From IMG/VR virus record IMGVR_UViG_3300037483_000321, positions 1-44,412 of that record: a DNA stretch of 44,412 nt; one strand, written 5' to 3'. This document shows positions 36,028 through 44,412 of the stretch, in pieces. Both the position numbers and the translations under genes were made by a program. How positions within the stretch are numbered: position 1 is the stretch's first letter; each line of letters starts with the position of its first letter. The notes under the pieces were generated by a model that searched no databases, was not told where the DNA came from, and saw only the letters and a program-made list of their open reading frames with translations. This DNA comes from a virus (Duplodnaviria > Caudoviricetes).

Positions 36028-36763
36028 CATCGCGCTGCTGATCGCGCTTCCCGCCTGGGCGGACCCGTCCTTTATGGCCGGGCTCGGCGGAAGGCCGGTC
36101 GCCGCTGCGCCGGTGTCTTCCAACATTGTATTTGACGCGTCTAGTGAGGGAACTGGAACAAGCACCCTCAGCTGGACGCACACGCCGGTCGGGACGCCGC
36201 GCGGAGTGATCCTATTCTGCGTCAACACGGGTTCAGCAACCGATGTTTTTACGGGCGCAACCTACGGCGGGGTTTCGATGACGCAGCTGAATAGCGCGAG
36301 CGATTCATTGGGTGAAGCTGGATTCACCGAAGGCTACTTTCTTGGCGCTTCGATCCCGACGGGAGCGCAAACCGCAGCCTGTAGCGTCTTATCAGGAATC
36401 CAGGCCAAGTGGGGAGTCGCGTTCTCTGTAACCGCAGATACGAACACGCAAACGGCTGGCACTATATCGTGCATTGCAGAGAGCGGTGCCGGTGCTGGGA
36501 TTGATGATCCGTCGTGCACGGTCTCTACGATCACTGGGGCATCCTGGGCAGCTGCGGCTCTGTACTCAGGACAGACCGCTGCCGCGAGCACGAGTGCGGG
36601 CAGCGGATTCACGCTCAGCCAGGCGAACGAGTTCGGCTCGTTTTCTTCGGCTTCCGAGTACGCGACGGCACAAAAGTCCAGCGGAGACTGGACAGCGGTG
36701 TTTACCACGGCTGGGGCTGACGATGTTGCGATGGTCGCGATCGCGATTGAGGAGACCGATTGA
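36011..36763 (+). CDS. exported beta-sandwich protein (minor-tail-protein-like)
   Basis: Signal peptide MRLAINIALLIALPAWA; IVFDASS...LSWTHT...TYGGVSMT. Confidence 0.7.
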   Translation: MRLAINIALLIALPAWADPSFMAGLGGRPVAAAPVSSNIVFDASSEGTGTSTLSWTHTPVGTPRGVILFCVNTGSATDVFTGATYGGVSMTQLNSASDSLGEAGFTEGYFLGASIPTGAQTAACSVLSGIQAKWGVAFSVTADTNTQTAGTISCIAESGAGAGIDDPSCTVSTITGASWAAAALYSGQTAAASTSAGSGFTLSQANEFGSFSSASEYATAQKSSGDWTAVFTTAGADDVAMVAIAIEETD

Positions 36764-37074
36764 GGGATCTACTCCTCGTAGTCGCCGCCGCACTCCTCTC
36801 GCTAGCGATGACGTGCGAGCCACTGCCTGAGCAGACTGTTCTAGTGCTGAACGCGCCGAACGGACCAGTAGACCTCGAATATTACCCGCCGTACGGACAG
36901 CCCGTGATTACGGTCGCGAGCGGGCTTGTCGAGGGAGACTGCTACAAGATTCGGACGCTCTTCGGGAGCCTGCGCCTGCGCTACAGCGGGGCCGAGCTTC
37001 CAGGCCCGCGCATTCCCGTTGTGAACGTGACGCCGGATATGGAGTACCGATGCGATCCTTCACGCACCTTCTAA
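36760..37074 (+). CDS. small exported protein or lipoprotein
   Basis: TTG start in a TTGA overlap; MRDLLLVVAAALLSLAMTC. Confidence 0.6.
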   Translation: MRDLLLVVAAALLSLAMTCEPLPEQTVLVLNAPNGPVDLEYYPPYGQPVITVASGLVEGDCYKIRTLFGSLRLRYSGAELPGPRIPVVNVTPDMEYRCDPSRTF

Positions 37075-40000
37075 TCGGTCTGCTCTGCGGGATGCTCGCG
37101 ATCCCACAGATCGCGTGGTCGCAGACCGGCATCGTGCTGACTGGTGTGGTGCTGACCGATGGCGGCGAGGATGAAGAGGTCGGCGTGAACGACCCGGTGG
37201 CGTCAGCCGCGGTCTCGCGTGAGACGTGCTACGCGCCTTGCCCGGTGCACTTCGATGGGCGCGCTTCAACCGATCCAGACCTCGCTTCGGAGACCGCGTA
37301 CCGACTGGACCTCACCTATGCGTGGGACTTCGGTGACCCGGGAGCTGGCGAGTGGACCTATGGAATCCCGGACAGTAGCCAGAACGTCGATACCGAGTTC
37401 GTGGCGGCGCATGTTTACGATCTTCCGGGCGTCTACACATGGCGGCTGATTGTTACTGACAGCGGCGGAAACTCGGACACCATAACGGGGAACATCACCG
37501 TCACATCTACGGACGCGGCGTTCCCGACCACGCAGACCGTCTGTATCGGCGCGACGACGCTGCCAGTGCAGGGCGTCGGCGGATGCCCGTCTGGTGCGGC
37601 TGCATATAACGCCGCAAGCGACTTCGATGCGGCCTTCAATACTGGCTGCGATGCGGACGGGGTCGGAGCCACAGATAAGCGATGCCTGTTCAAGCGAGGC
37701 GATTCATTATCAGGCGATCAGGTGGAGTGGACGCCGAACGCACACGTGTTCGTAGGCGCGTACGGTACCGGCGCTGATCCGATCATCACCTGTGCTGGCG
37801 GCTGCTTCATCGGCCCAGAGAGCCCGACAACGGACCGCCTTACAGTCACAGGGATCACCTGGATCGGCGACGGAACAGACCCGAACATCTTCCTCGAAAA
37901 GGATGCACGCGGTGCCAACGGAACGCACAACGGCTACCCGCTGCGGCACATCCTCGTCTATCAGAACGATCTATCGCTGTTCTCAGTCAACTGGTTCGTG
38001 AACACGAGTGGTGGAGAAGACGGCTTCGACTACGACCCTGACATCGAGGCGAACGTTCACAGCGACGTGTTCGTGTTCGAGAACGTCGTGCACGACGATG
38101 CTGGCACATCGAACTCTACGTTCTTCGAGGCCGACAAGTCTGCGCTGATGGGCAACTTCATGGGCCAGAAGCCTGGCGAAGAGCATGTGATCCGTAGCGG
38201 GCACACACGCGGAACCATCATCGGGCACAACGATCTCGGCGACTTCGGGACAGGCGATGGATGCGGACCGCCGCGGCACGTCTTCAAGTGGCACAACAGC
38301 GAGACGCCACAATCCGCCGATCACAACGAGGACGGCGTGTTCGTCGCGAACCACGTGAAGATGTGCGCTGACAACGATATTGCCGTTGACATCGGCCCGC
38401 AGGACGCCTCGTCACCAGATCAGGCCGTCATTAACTCAGTCGCTTCGCGCAACTGGTTCGACAATGGCGAGAACGTTGGCGGTCCGACAGCCATTCAGGT
38501 GACGACTGGCCCGAACGCGTTCCGAGGGAACATCTTCAACCTCTCGGCCACCGCTTCGGCCGGAACCATCATCGGGATATTTGCACGACGGCGAATGGCG
38601 GGCGCGGTGCTCGACCCGGATGGCCTGCGCATCGACAACAACACCTGCTACGCGGACGTCGCGACGCCAGGCGCACAGACCTGCATATCGCTCTCATCCG
38701 AAGTGACGGACGCACGCGTGAACAACACGCTCGTGTTCGATCCTGGCGCGAGCATCGCGATGCTCTCCGACTCGGGCGTGAACACCACGACCTGCGCGAG
38801 CTGCAACCTGGAAGTTTCGAGCACGCCGTTCGTATCGACGACGCCGGTTGACTACGCGGATTTCGAGCTCCACGCGACGAGCGCCGCGAAGGACATCGGC
38901 GAGCTCCAGGCCATGTCTCCGATCAACTACACCGGAATCAACAAGCCAGAGGCGAGCGAGACGAACCTCGACGCCGGGGCATGGCAGCGCAGCAACACGC
39001 CCGCGAGCGTCGGATTCAACGCCTCGCGCACAGGGCCAGACCGCACGAACATCGTGTTCGCGGACCTGATGAAAGGCGCTGGCGGATCTAGCAGCGGAGC
39101 CTGGACGAACGTAGACGCTGGCACGCCGACATTCGATGCGAACGGCTACCCGACCGGAGTTGTGAGCGGCACCAACCGCGTCACCATCGACATCATCGAC
39201 CCGCCGGACTGCGACTACCCGAGCGGCTCATACTCCCTCCAGGTGACTGGAAGTGCGAGCGTCGTGCTGTCGGGCGATGCGTCGGGCACGTACAGCAGCG
39301 GCACGCACGCGGTAGCGGTGACGGCGACCTGTTCTGGCATCGACCTGCGCGTCGAGAGCGGAACGCCGACCAACCTGAAGTTCATCCAGCCCGGCTACGC
39401 CGCGAGCGACACCTTCACGACCGAATATCTCGACAAGCTGCGCGGCTCAGGGGCGGTCCGCTTCATGGCGTGGTCGCGCATGAACTATGGCTCGCCTGCC
39501 CCGGAGTTCGCCGATTGGTCGCAGCGCATCCTTACTACCAGCGTGACGCAGGCCGGGTTCGGCGGCCCGGCGTTCGAGTACGCGATCGAGCTGGCGAACA
39601 CACTCGATACCGACCTCTGGCTGACGGTTCCCCACGCCTTCACGGGCGCGGCGATGGCGAGCCTCGCGACGCTCGTAGAGGCGGATCTCGAGGCCGGGCT
39701 CAACGTCTACGTCGAGTACAGCAACGAGATTTGGAACGGCAGCTTCGATCAGGGCGAGCAGATTCGCGCAGACGGCGACGTGCTGTGGAGCGATACGAGC
39801 ACGGCAACGATCCTGAAAGCCCGCTACGCCGCGAAGCAGACGGCGGCGATTGGCGATGCGTTCCGGGCTGCGTTCGCCGACGACTCGCGCGTTCGCATCG
39901 TGCTCGGCATTCAGTCGGGCCAGAGCGGAACGACGCACTACAACGAGCGGCTGCTCGAAGCATTCTCGCAGACCTCGATCGCTGGCGTGGACGTGAATCC

Positions 40001-40508
40001 GAACTCGCTCGCGCCGTACCTCTACGCAGGCGCGCCTTATTTTGGGAGCAACTTGTGTGAGGAAATGGACCTAGCCGGAACGCTCGCGACGGCGACCGTC
40101 GATGACGTGGTGAACGCGCTCTATAACACCTACCTGCCCGAGGGCGTGGCGCGCGTCGAAACCGACGTTGCGGTCGCAACGGCCTACAACGCCAGCAAGG
40201 GCTGGACGATGCTCGTTGGTCAGTACGAAGGCGGCACGGCCAACGAGAACACGGGCGAGACGGGATGCTCGGCGGTGGCGTTCGACTCGCAGCGGCACGC
40301 AGGGATGCGCGAGGTGATGCGCCGGTACATCCGTGACATCTTCGCAGCCGAAGGCGCGCTGCGTGGCATCTACATGCACTACAACTCGCCCGAGAGCTAC
40401 GGGGACGTGGACGGCATCGACTCGCACGTGTTCGGACTCATTGAATCCAGCCAGGACGACGAGACGACGGTACCCAAGTGGCAGGGCTGGCAGGACGTGA
40501 TCCGATGA
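37050..40508 (+). CDS. exported multidomain protein: PKD + beta-helix + clan GH-A-like glycoside hydrolase
   Basis: Signal peptide MRSFTHLLIGLLCGMLAIPQIAWS; PKD (YAWDFGD, AHVYDLPGVY, LIVTDSGG); beta-helix; C-terminal VRFMAW, VYVEYSNEIWN, YEGG. Confidence 0.8.
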   Translation: MRSFTHLLIGLLCGMLAIPQIAWSQTGIVLTGVVLTDGGEDEEVGVNDPVASAAVSRETCYAPCPVHFDGRASTDPDLASETAYRLDLTYAWDFGDPGAGEWTYGIPDSSQNVDTEFVAAHVYDLPGVYTWRLIVTDSGGNSDTITGNITVTSTDAAFPTTQTVCIGATTLPVQGVGGCPSGAAAYNAASDFDAAFNTGCDADGVGATDKRCLFKRGDSLSGDQVEWTPNAHVFVGAYGTGADPIITCAGGCFIGPESPTTDRLTVTGITWIGDGTDPNIFLEKDARGANGTHNGYPLRHILVYQNDLSLFSVNWFVNTSGGEDGFDYDPDIEANVHSDVFVFENVVHDDAGTSNSTFFEADKSALMGNFMGQKPGEEHVIRSGHTRGTIIGHNDLGDFGTGDGCGPPRHVFKWHNSETPQSADHNEDGVFVANHVKMCADNDIAVDIGPQDASSPDQAVINSVASRNWFDNGENVGGPTAIQVTTGPNAFRGNIFNLSATASAGTIIGIFARRRMAGAVLDPDGLRIDNNTCYADVATPGAQTCISLSSEVTDARVNNTLVFDPGASIAMLSDSGVNTTTCASCNLEVSSTPFVSTTPVDYADFELHATSAAKDIGELQAMSPINYTGINKPEASETNLDAGAWQRSNTPASVGFNASRTGPDRTNIVFADLMKGAGGSSSGAWTNVDAGTPTFDANGYPTGVVSGTNRVTIDIIDPPDCDYPSGSYSLQVTGSASVVLSGDASGTYSSGTHAVAVTATCSGIDLRVESGTPTNLKFIQPGYAASDTFTTEYLDKLRGSGAVRFMAWSRMNYGSPAPEFADWSQRILTTSVTQAGFGGPAFEYAIELANTLDTDLWLTVPHAFTGAAMASLATLVEADLEAGLNVYVEYSNEIWNGSFDQGEQIRADGDVLWSDTSTATILKARYAAKQTAAIGDAFRAAFADDSRVRIVLGIQSGQSGTTHYNERLLEAFSQTSIAGVDVNPNSLAPYLYAGAPYFGSNLCEEMDLAGTLATATVDDVVNALYNTYLPEGVARVETDVAVATAYNASKGWTMLVGQYEGGTANENTGETGCSAVAFDSQRHAGMREVMRRYIRDIFAAEGALRGIYMHYNSPESYGDVDGIDSHVFGLIESSQDDETTVPKWQGWQDVIR

Positions 40509-40762
40509 GCAATGAATGGCTCCGGCTCCTGCTCCCAGCCGCGCTCGCGGCGCTCGTCGGGGGTGGCGGTAGCTATCTCTCTGTGCGGGACCGACTCACA
40601 ACGCTCGAAGCACAGCTCGTAGTGCGAAAAGAAGCGCTCGAGCTTCAGCAGAACAACGTTCGCAAAATCGACGTGCTCGAGACGCAGCTCGCGAATCTGG
40701 AGGGGCGCGTGGATTCGCACCATTTGCAGCGCGGGATTCATATCGGGAACGGACACCAATGA
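40505..40762 (+). CDS. membrane-anchored coiled-coil protein (lysis cassette)
   Basis: N-terminal TM WLRLLLPAALAALVGG, then heptads. Confidence 0.65.
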   Translation: MSNEWLRLLLPAALAALVGGGGSYLSVRDRLTTLEAQLVVRKEALELQQNNVRKIDVLETQLANLEGRVDSHHLQRGIHIGNGHQ

Positions 40763-41163
40763 GGCTCACCCTTCACCGAATCTACCTCGCACCGGCCACG
40801 ATCGGCGTGCTTGAGATCGGCAACGCCCTTCGCCTATGGACGATCGAGGACGTGCCAGGCGAAGGTCCGAACCACTGTATCTCTCCTGGCACTTACGGAC
40901 TTGAGCCGCACCACGGCCCGATGCAAAAGGACACATGGGCACTCGTCGGGCCGGGAGTGAGCCACTCGCCGAGACCTGGCAATCGCTCTGCGATTCTGAT
41001 CCACAGCGGGAACACAGTGGCCGATTCCGAGGGGTGCATCCTCGTCGGCATGGGCGTTGGGCTAGCGCCGCCCGCGGTCTATCAGTCGCGATTGGCGATG
41101 ACGCACCTGCGCGAGACTCTTATCATTGGCACGACGGGCCACGAACTCGTCATTAAGGGGTGA
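40759..41163 (+). CDS. DUF5675-family putative endolysin
   Basis: TIGVL, TIED, CISPGTY, RSAILIHSGNTVADSEGCILVG. Confidence 0.85.
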   Translation: MRLTLHRIYLAPATIGVLEIGNALRLWTIEDVPGEGPNHCISPGTYGLEPHHGPMQKDTWALVGPGVSHSPRPGNRSAILIHSGNTVADSEGCILVGMGVGLAPPAVYQSRLAMTHLRETLIIGTTGHELVIKG

Positions 41164-41164
41164 G

Positions 41165-41362
41165 ATGATGGACTGGCAAAGCATTCAGGTGATCGCGCGG
41201 GCCGTGCTTCAAGGGCTTTCGGGCATCTTGGTCAGTAAGGGACTGATCGACGATGCAATGAGCGCCGTACTCGTCGGCGCGCTGCTGAGCCTCGGCTCGG
41301 TGGCGTGGTCGCTCGTCAACAAGAAGCAGCTTCTCAACACGCCGCCGCCCGCGCAGCCCTAG
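41165..41362 (+). CDS. putative holin (2 TM)
   Basis: IARAVLQGLSGILVSKG...LVGALLSLGSVAWSLVNKK right after the endolysin. Confidence 0.7.
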   Translation: MMDWQSIQVIARAVLQGLSGILVSKGLIDDAMSAVLVGALLSLGSVAWSLVNKKQLLNTPPPAQP

Positions 41363-41601
41363 TGCGCGCGCAGCAGGGCATTAACACGCTGATCGCCTCT
41401 GGCGTCGCCGTGATGGTCGCCGAGCGCATGGACACTGTGCTCGCTGCGAAAGGCTCGCGCGACATGTTCGTGATGATCGCGACGGCGGGCGGCGCGGTAG
41501 TGCTCTCAGTGGCGCTGGAGATCGCGCGGCAGGCGTCGCTCAAGCTGGCAACGCGCGCCGGGTTCGACCTCACGGGCGCGCTCGGGAAGGGTCCGACATG
41601 A
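41362..41601 (+). CDS. small membrane protein
   Basis: GTG overlapping the holin stop; hydrophobic segments. Confidence 0.55.
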   Translation: MRAQQGINTLIASGVAVMVAERMDTVLAAKGSRDMFVMIATAGGAVVLSVALEIARQASLKLATRAGFDLTGALGKGPT

Positions 41602-42014
41602 GGGTTTATGTTGCTCTACTAATCGTTACTGAATTAGTAGGCTGCGCGCACGCCTCAGCACCCGGCGGCTGTTCCACCTGGGCCGTCGGGGCTGACGCGC
41701 GCGCGCAGTGCTTCGTCGTGCCAGAGGGCGAGGCCGGCGCTCGCAAGCTGACCGAGATCAACGAGCCGGCGCCCGTCGAGCTCGGGTTCCTGGAGCGCAT
41801 CGCCGCGGTGTTCGGCCGCGACCAGAAGCCGCCGCGGAAGGTCACGAAGGTGGACGAGCCGGCGGCAGGAACGGCGCAGCTCGTGCAGGAGTCGCGCGGG
41901 TCCGGGTTCCTCGAGCCGCTCGCCAAAGTGATCGCCGAGGGCGGTGTGGCGATCGGCAAGGCGGGCGGGTGCGCAGTGCTGACCGTCATCACGCTGGGCT
42001 TCAAAAGCTGCTGA
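41598..42014 (+). CDS. lipoprotein, spanin candidate
   Basis: MRVYVALLIVTELVG-C lipobox; hydrophobic C-terminus. Confidence 0.55.
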   Translation: MRVYVALLIVTELVGCAHASAPGGCSTWAVGADARAQCFVVPEGEAGARKLTEINEPAPVELGFLERIAAVFGRDQKPPRKVTKVDEPAAGTAQLVQESRGSGFLEPLAKVIAEGGVAIGKAGGCAVLTVITLGFKSC

Positions 42015-42022
42015 GGTGCACC

Positions 42023-42406
42023 GTGTCATCGCCTAACGACTTGCCCGACACGCCCGAAGGCTGGGCCGGGGTCATGGCGGTCATCGCCGTGATCGCCGGC
42101 GGCCTGCGCATCGCGTGGACGAAGCTCGGGCTCGGGCCGGACTACAAGCAGATCGCGAAGGCGATGGCCGAGGAGCACGCGGCCGATAACAAGATGCACC
42201 GCGACGCGCTCGTATCCGCGCTCCAAGACGTCTCGCACACGGTCGAGCGCGTGAACAAGGCGACGACCGACAACATTCGCATGGCGCTCGAGATGTACGG
42301 CAAGGACGTCGGGATGATCCGCGACGCACAAGGGAGAGTCGAGCGGAAGCTGGAGGCGCTGGCCGGCGAGGTGAGCGATCTGCGTGTCCAGGTGGCATCG
42401 AAGTGA
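42023..42406 (+). CDS. TM + coiled-coil protein (i-spanin/holin-like)
   Basis: GAGGTG Shine-Dalgarno, GTG start; WAGVMAVIAVIAGGL followed by heptads. Confidence 0.65.
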   Translation: MSSPNDLPDTPEGWAGVMAVIAVIAGGLRIAWTKLGLGPDYKQIAKAMAEEHAADNKMHRDALVSALQDVSHTVERVNKATTDNIRMALEMYGKDVGMIRDAQGRVERKLEALAGEVSDLRVQVASK

Positions 42407-42726
42407 CCAAGAACCTCCGCGATCTGCTCCTGCACGTGGCGCTCGGCTTCGGCTACGCGCTGCTGATTCTCGGCGTCGGCCTGCTCGTGTGGGTGGGCTG
42501 GCTGCCGTCGATGGTGGCGTTCGCGGGGCTCGCGGTGTTCTCGCCGACGCTGCTCTCGTACGCGAGGGAATCCGAGCAGGCGCGCGCGAAGCGGAAGCTG
42601 CTGAACGAGCAGACCGGCAAGCGCATCAGGCCGGGTGACGTGCGGTATTGGAGCGGACATCGAACCGCGGAATGCTTGGCTGTTACGGCCGGCGCGCTCC
42701 TAGCCCTGCTCGTCCTCGCGCTCTAG
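42403..42726 (+). CDS. multi-pass membrane protein, last late gene
   Basis: Three hydrophobic segments; converges on the leftward arm. Confidence 0.65.
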   Translation: MTKNLRDLLLHVALGFGYALLILGVGLLVWVGWLPSMVAFAGLAVFSPTLLSYARESEQARAKRKLLNEQTGKRIRPGDVRYWSGHRTAECLAVTAGALLALLVLAL

Positions 42727-43094
42727 CCATCCGTCCGCGGCGCAGTCTCGGCGAGTGCGGCGGCGATGACTTCTGCTGCATGCTCGCAGTAGAGGCGCTT
42801 CGTCGGCTCTAGAGCCTGTGGGGTACTCCAGAGCCCTCGTGCCCAATGCGACGCCAGCCACTCAGCATTCCACAGCGTGCGCTCGACCTGCGCGAGCTTG
42901 TCGGCGAGAGCGAGGATGCGGTCTCGGATCGCTACGCCGATCCTCACTTCACGATGGTTCGCGATCACGAAGTGAGGATCGAAAATTTCGACGCGCTTGC
43001 GGCTCCCGCGAACGCGACGCAGCGACTCGTGCCGTAGCGTGAGGCTGAGCACTTCTGCGCACCGCTCCCAACGTTCCCGCTCGTCATTCGCCAT
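42723..43094 (-). CDS. hypothetical protein
   Basis: 123 aa; GAGGAG upstream. Confidence 0.6.
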   Translation of the reverse strand: MANDERERWERCAEVLSLTLRHESLRRVRGSRKRVEIFDPHFVIANHREVRIGVAIRDRILALADKLAQVERTLWNAEWLASHWARGLWSTPQALEPTKRLYCEHAAEVIAAALAETAPRTDG

Positions 43095-43293
43095 CGGTCG
43101 TCTCCTCGCGCTGAAGCTCGCCTGGCCAGAGATGACCGCTGCGCGGCTCAGCGTTGTACCCGGGGCATTCGTGATCGCAGTAGGTCGGGCCGAACGGGCT
43201 TGCGCTGCGGCCTCGCGGCTTCTTCACCTGACCGCAGACAGAGCACTCCGGCATCGCCTCGCACGCGATGGTGCAGTTCGCGAACTCGCTCAT
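43084..43293 (-). CDS. small Cys-rich protein
   Basis: MSEFANCTIAC...CSVCG...CDHECPGY...GHLWPGE. Confidence 0.6.
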   Translation of the reverse strand: MSEFANCTIACEAMPECSVCGQVKKPRGRSASPFGPTYCDHECPGYNAEPRSGHLWPGELQREETTDGE

Positions 43294-43400
43294 CGCGTCG
43301 TCTTCTCCCATCGCCCCGTGAAAACGCGTCTCAACGCAAGTAGCGCGCTCACGCCGATAAGCACGCAGAGCCAGTAGATGTCGTGGAGGACGTCTCTCAT
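43290..43400 (-). CDS. small membrane peptide (36 aa)
   Basis: Read by hand: MRDVLHDIYWLCVLIGVSALLALRRVFTGRWEKTTR; ATGA overlap. Confidence 0.45.
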   Translation of the reverse strand: MRDVLHDIYWLCVLIGVSALLALRRVFTGRWEKTTR

Positions 43401-43411
43401 CGCGTCGTCCC

Positions 43412-44008
43412 CTATCCGCCCTTCGCCTTGAGATGGTCAGCTAGCTGCTCGCGCGTCGCGTCTCGCTCGGCCTCCGCCATCGCCATGTCAGACTCGGCAG
43501 CTTCGGCGCGGGATCGCATCGCGTCTCGCTCCGCCATCACGTCATGCAGGTTGTACGCGGCCTGGAGTGCGTCTCGCGCTTCTTGCTCTCGCTCCGCCAA
43601 CACCGACCGCAGGCGGGCGGCGAGGATGCGAGCAAGCACGGTCCGATCGTCGGCGCGCGAGAGCGTCCTTTCTGCGTATGCCAGCAGCTCCGCATCGTCC
43701 CCAGCGACCTCGGGAGAGAGAGTGGCCGAGGGAGCGCGATAGAACTGATCGCATTCGGCACTTTGACAGATGCCGGACATAACAGAGAGAGCGCAGGTGC
43801 AGTCTCCTCGGCAAGGCTTGGCTCCATTAGCGCACGGACAGCGCGACGGGTACGGCGCGACCTCGGCAGGCGCGGGCGCGTCGAAGGTCGTGAGGGCGAG
43901 GTCGCAGAGGGCGACCATCTCCTCACCACGGAAGTACCCGACGAGCCCAACGCCGTGCAGGCTTGTGCGGATCGCTTCCACCCGCTCTCGCGTGAGTTCG
44001 TCGCTCAT
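43412..44008 (-). CDS. modular early protein (Cys cluster plus coiled coil)
   Basis: MSDELTRERVEAI; CPCANGAKPCRGDCTC; C-terminal heptads. Confidence 0.65.
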   Translation of the reverse strand: MSDELTRERVEAIRTSLHGVGLVGYFRGEEMVALCDLALTTFDAPAPAEVAPYPSRCPCANGAKPCRGDCTCALSVMSGICQSAECDQFYRAPSATLSPEVAGDDAELLAYAERTLSRADDRTVLARILAARLRSVLAEREQEARDALQAAYNLHDVMAERDAMRSRAEAAESDMAMAEAERDATREQLADHLKAKGG

Positions 44009-44202
44009 CGTGGCTCCAGGCCGTTGTTAATGCAGGAGTCGATTGCGTCGATTACTGCTGCGCGAGAGTCGAGCGAGTGGCGATCGTCTGGTGCGATTAG
44101 CACGAATCCTCCGAAGTTGAGCCGCGCGGGCACTCCGATACGGCCTTCGACACGCGCGCCGGTCATGCGCAGCACCCATGCGAGTCTCGCTGTGTCTGTC
44201 AT
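44005..44202 (-). CDS. hypothetical protein
   Basis: MTDTARLAW...RAAVIDAID; AAGGAG Shine-Dalgarno. Confidence 0.65.
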   Translation of the reverse strand: MTDTARLAWVLRMTGARVEGRIGVPARLNFGGFVLIAPDDRHSLDSRAAVIDAIDSCINNGLEPR

Positions 44203-44285
44203 CGGGTCTCCTTGGTGAGGGCGTCGGCGGCGCGGCCCAGCAACACGCTGACGCCTGGCGTGTAGCGGCCCATGGCGGCGCGCAG
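44199..44285 (-). CDS. 3' part of the junction-spanning gene starting at 168
   Basis: In frame with 1..168 once the 127-bp overlap is collapsed. Confidence 0.65.
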   Translation of the reverse strand: MRAAMGRYTPGVSVLLGRAADALTKETR

Positions 44286-44412
44286 CTCCGCGATCAGCTC
44301 CGCGTGCTCACTCGCAGGCGGAGTGGTGTGAGGGCTAGGTGGTGGCACGCATCCAGGGTGGTACTTGAGCGCTCCGATCCATACGGATTGACTGCCAAGG
44401 TTTGTGCCACAC
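44286..44412. repeat. 127-bp terminal direct repeat, right copy
   Basis: Identical to 1-127. Confidence 0.97.

Noticed and set aside
22860-40508. Diversity-generating retroelement or invertible tail-fibre cassette
   Set aside because: No reverse transcriptase, invertase or template/variable repeat pair was seen
44286-44412. 127-bp repeat as a biological terminal repeat
   Set aside because: Length matches a common assembly k-mer and it falls inside a gene; best read as circular overlap
1-44412. CRISPR array, tRNA genes, IS elements, alternative genetic code
   Set aside because: No regularly spaced repeats, cloverleaf or transposase was seen; genes are full length in code 11 and use TGA, TAG and TAA as stops

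Overview
This window is a complete, circularly permuted, GC-rich dsDNA phage genome. Positions 1-127 repeat exactly at 44286-44412, and one gene reads across that junction, so the unit length is about 44,285 bp. Layout: (i) a leftward early arm (42723 -> junction -> 9324) of small accessory genes, a DUF4326 protein, a DPPY amino-methyltransferase, an SSB/RecT/YqaJ recombination module, a nucleoside deoxyribosyltransferase-like protein and an HTH + DGQHR/ParB-like pair; (ii) a symmetric divergent control region, then a Cro-like HTH, a Holliday junction resolvase and replication-associated genes; (iii) an inverted TerS-like gene and a ~1 kb gene-poor probable packaging region; (iv) a podovirus-type morphogenesis operon (TerL, portal, scaffold, capsid, decoration, adaptor, tailspike, nozzle, fibre, three ejection proteins) containing a sulfotransferase-like gene; (v) a lysis cassette with a DUF5675 endolysin. 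The most striking feature lies between the ejection proteins and the lysis genes (31987-40508, about a fifth of the genome): seven consecutive late-operon genes that all start with Sec-type signal peptides. Several carry tail-fibre or spike motifs and closely spaced cysteines, and the largest is a PKD/beta-helix/glycoside-hydrolase protein. This points to an exported, probably disulfide-bonded appendage or adhesin system. No integrase, CI-type repressor, DNA polymerase, tRNA or CRISPR array was recognised. All calls come from reading motifs and synteny by eye; no database search was run.
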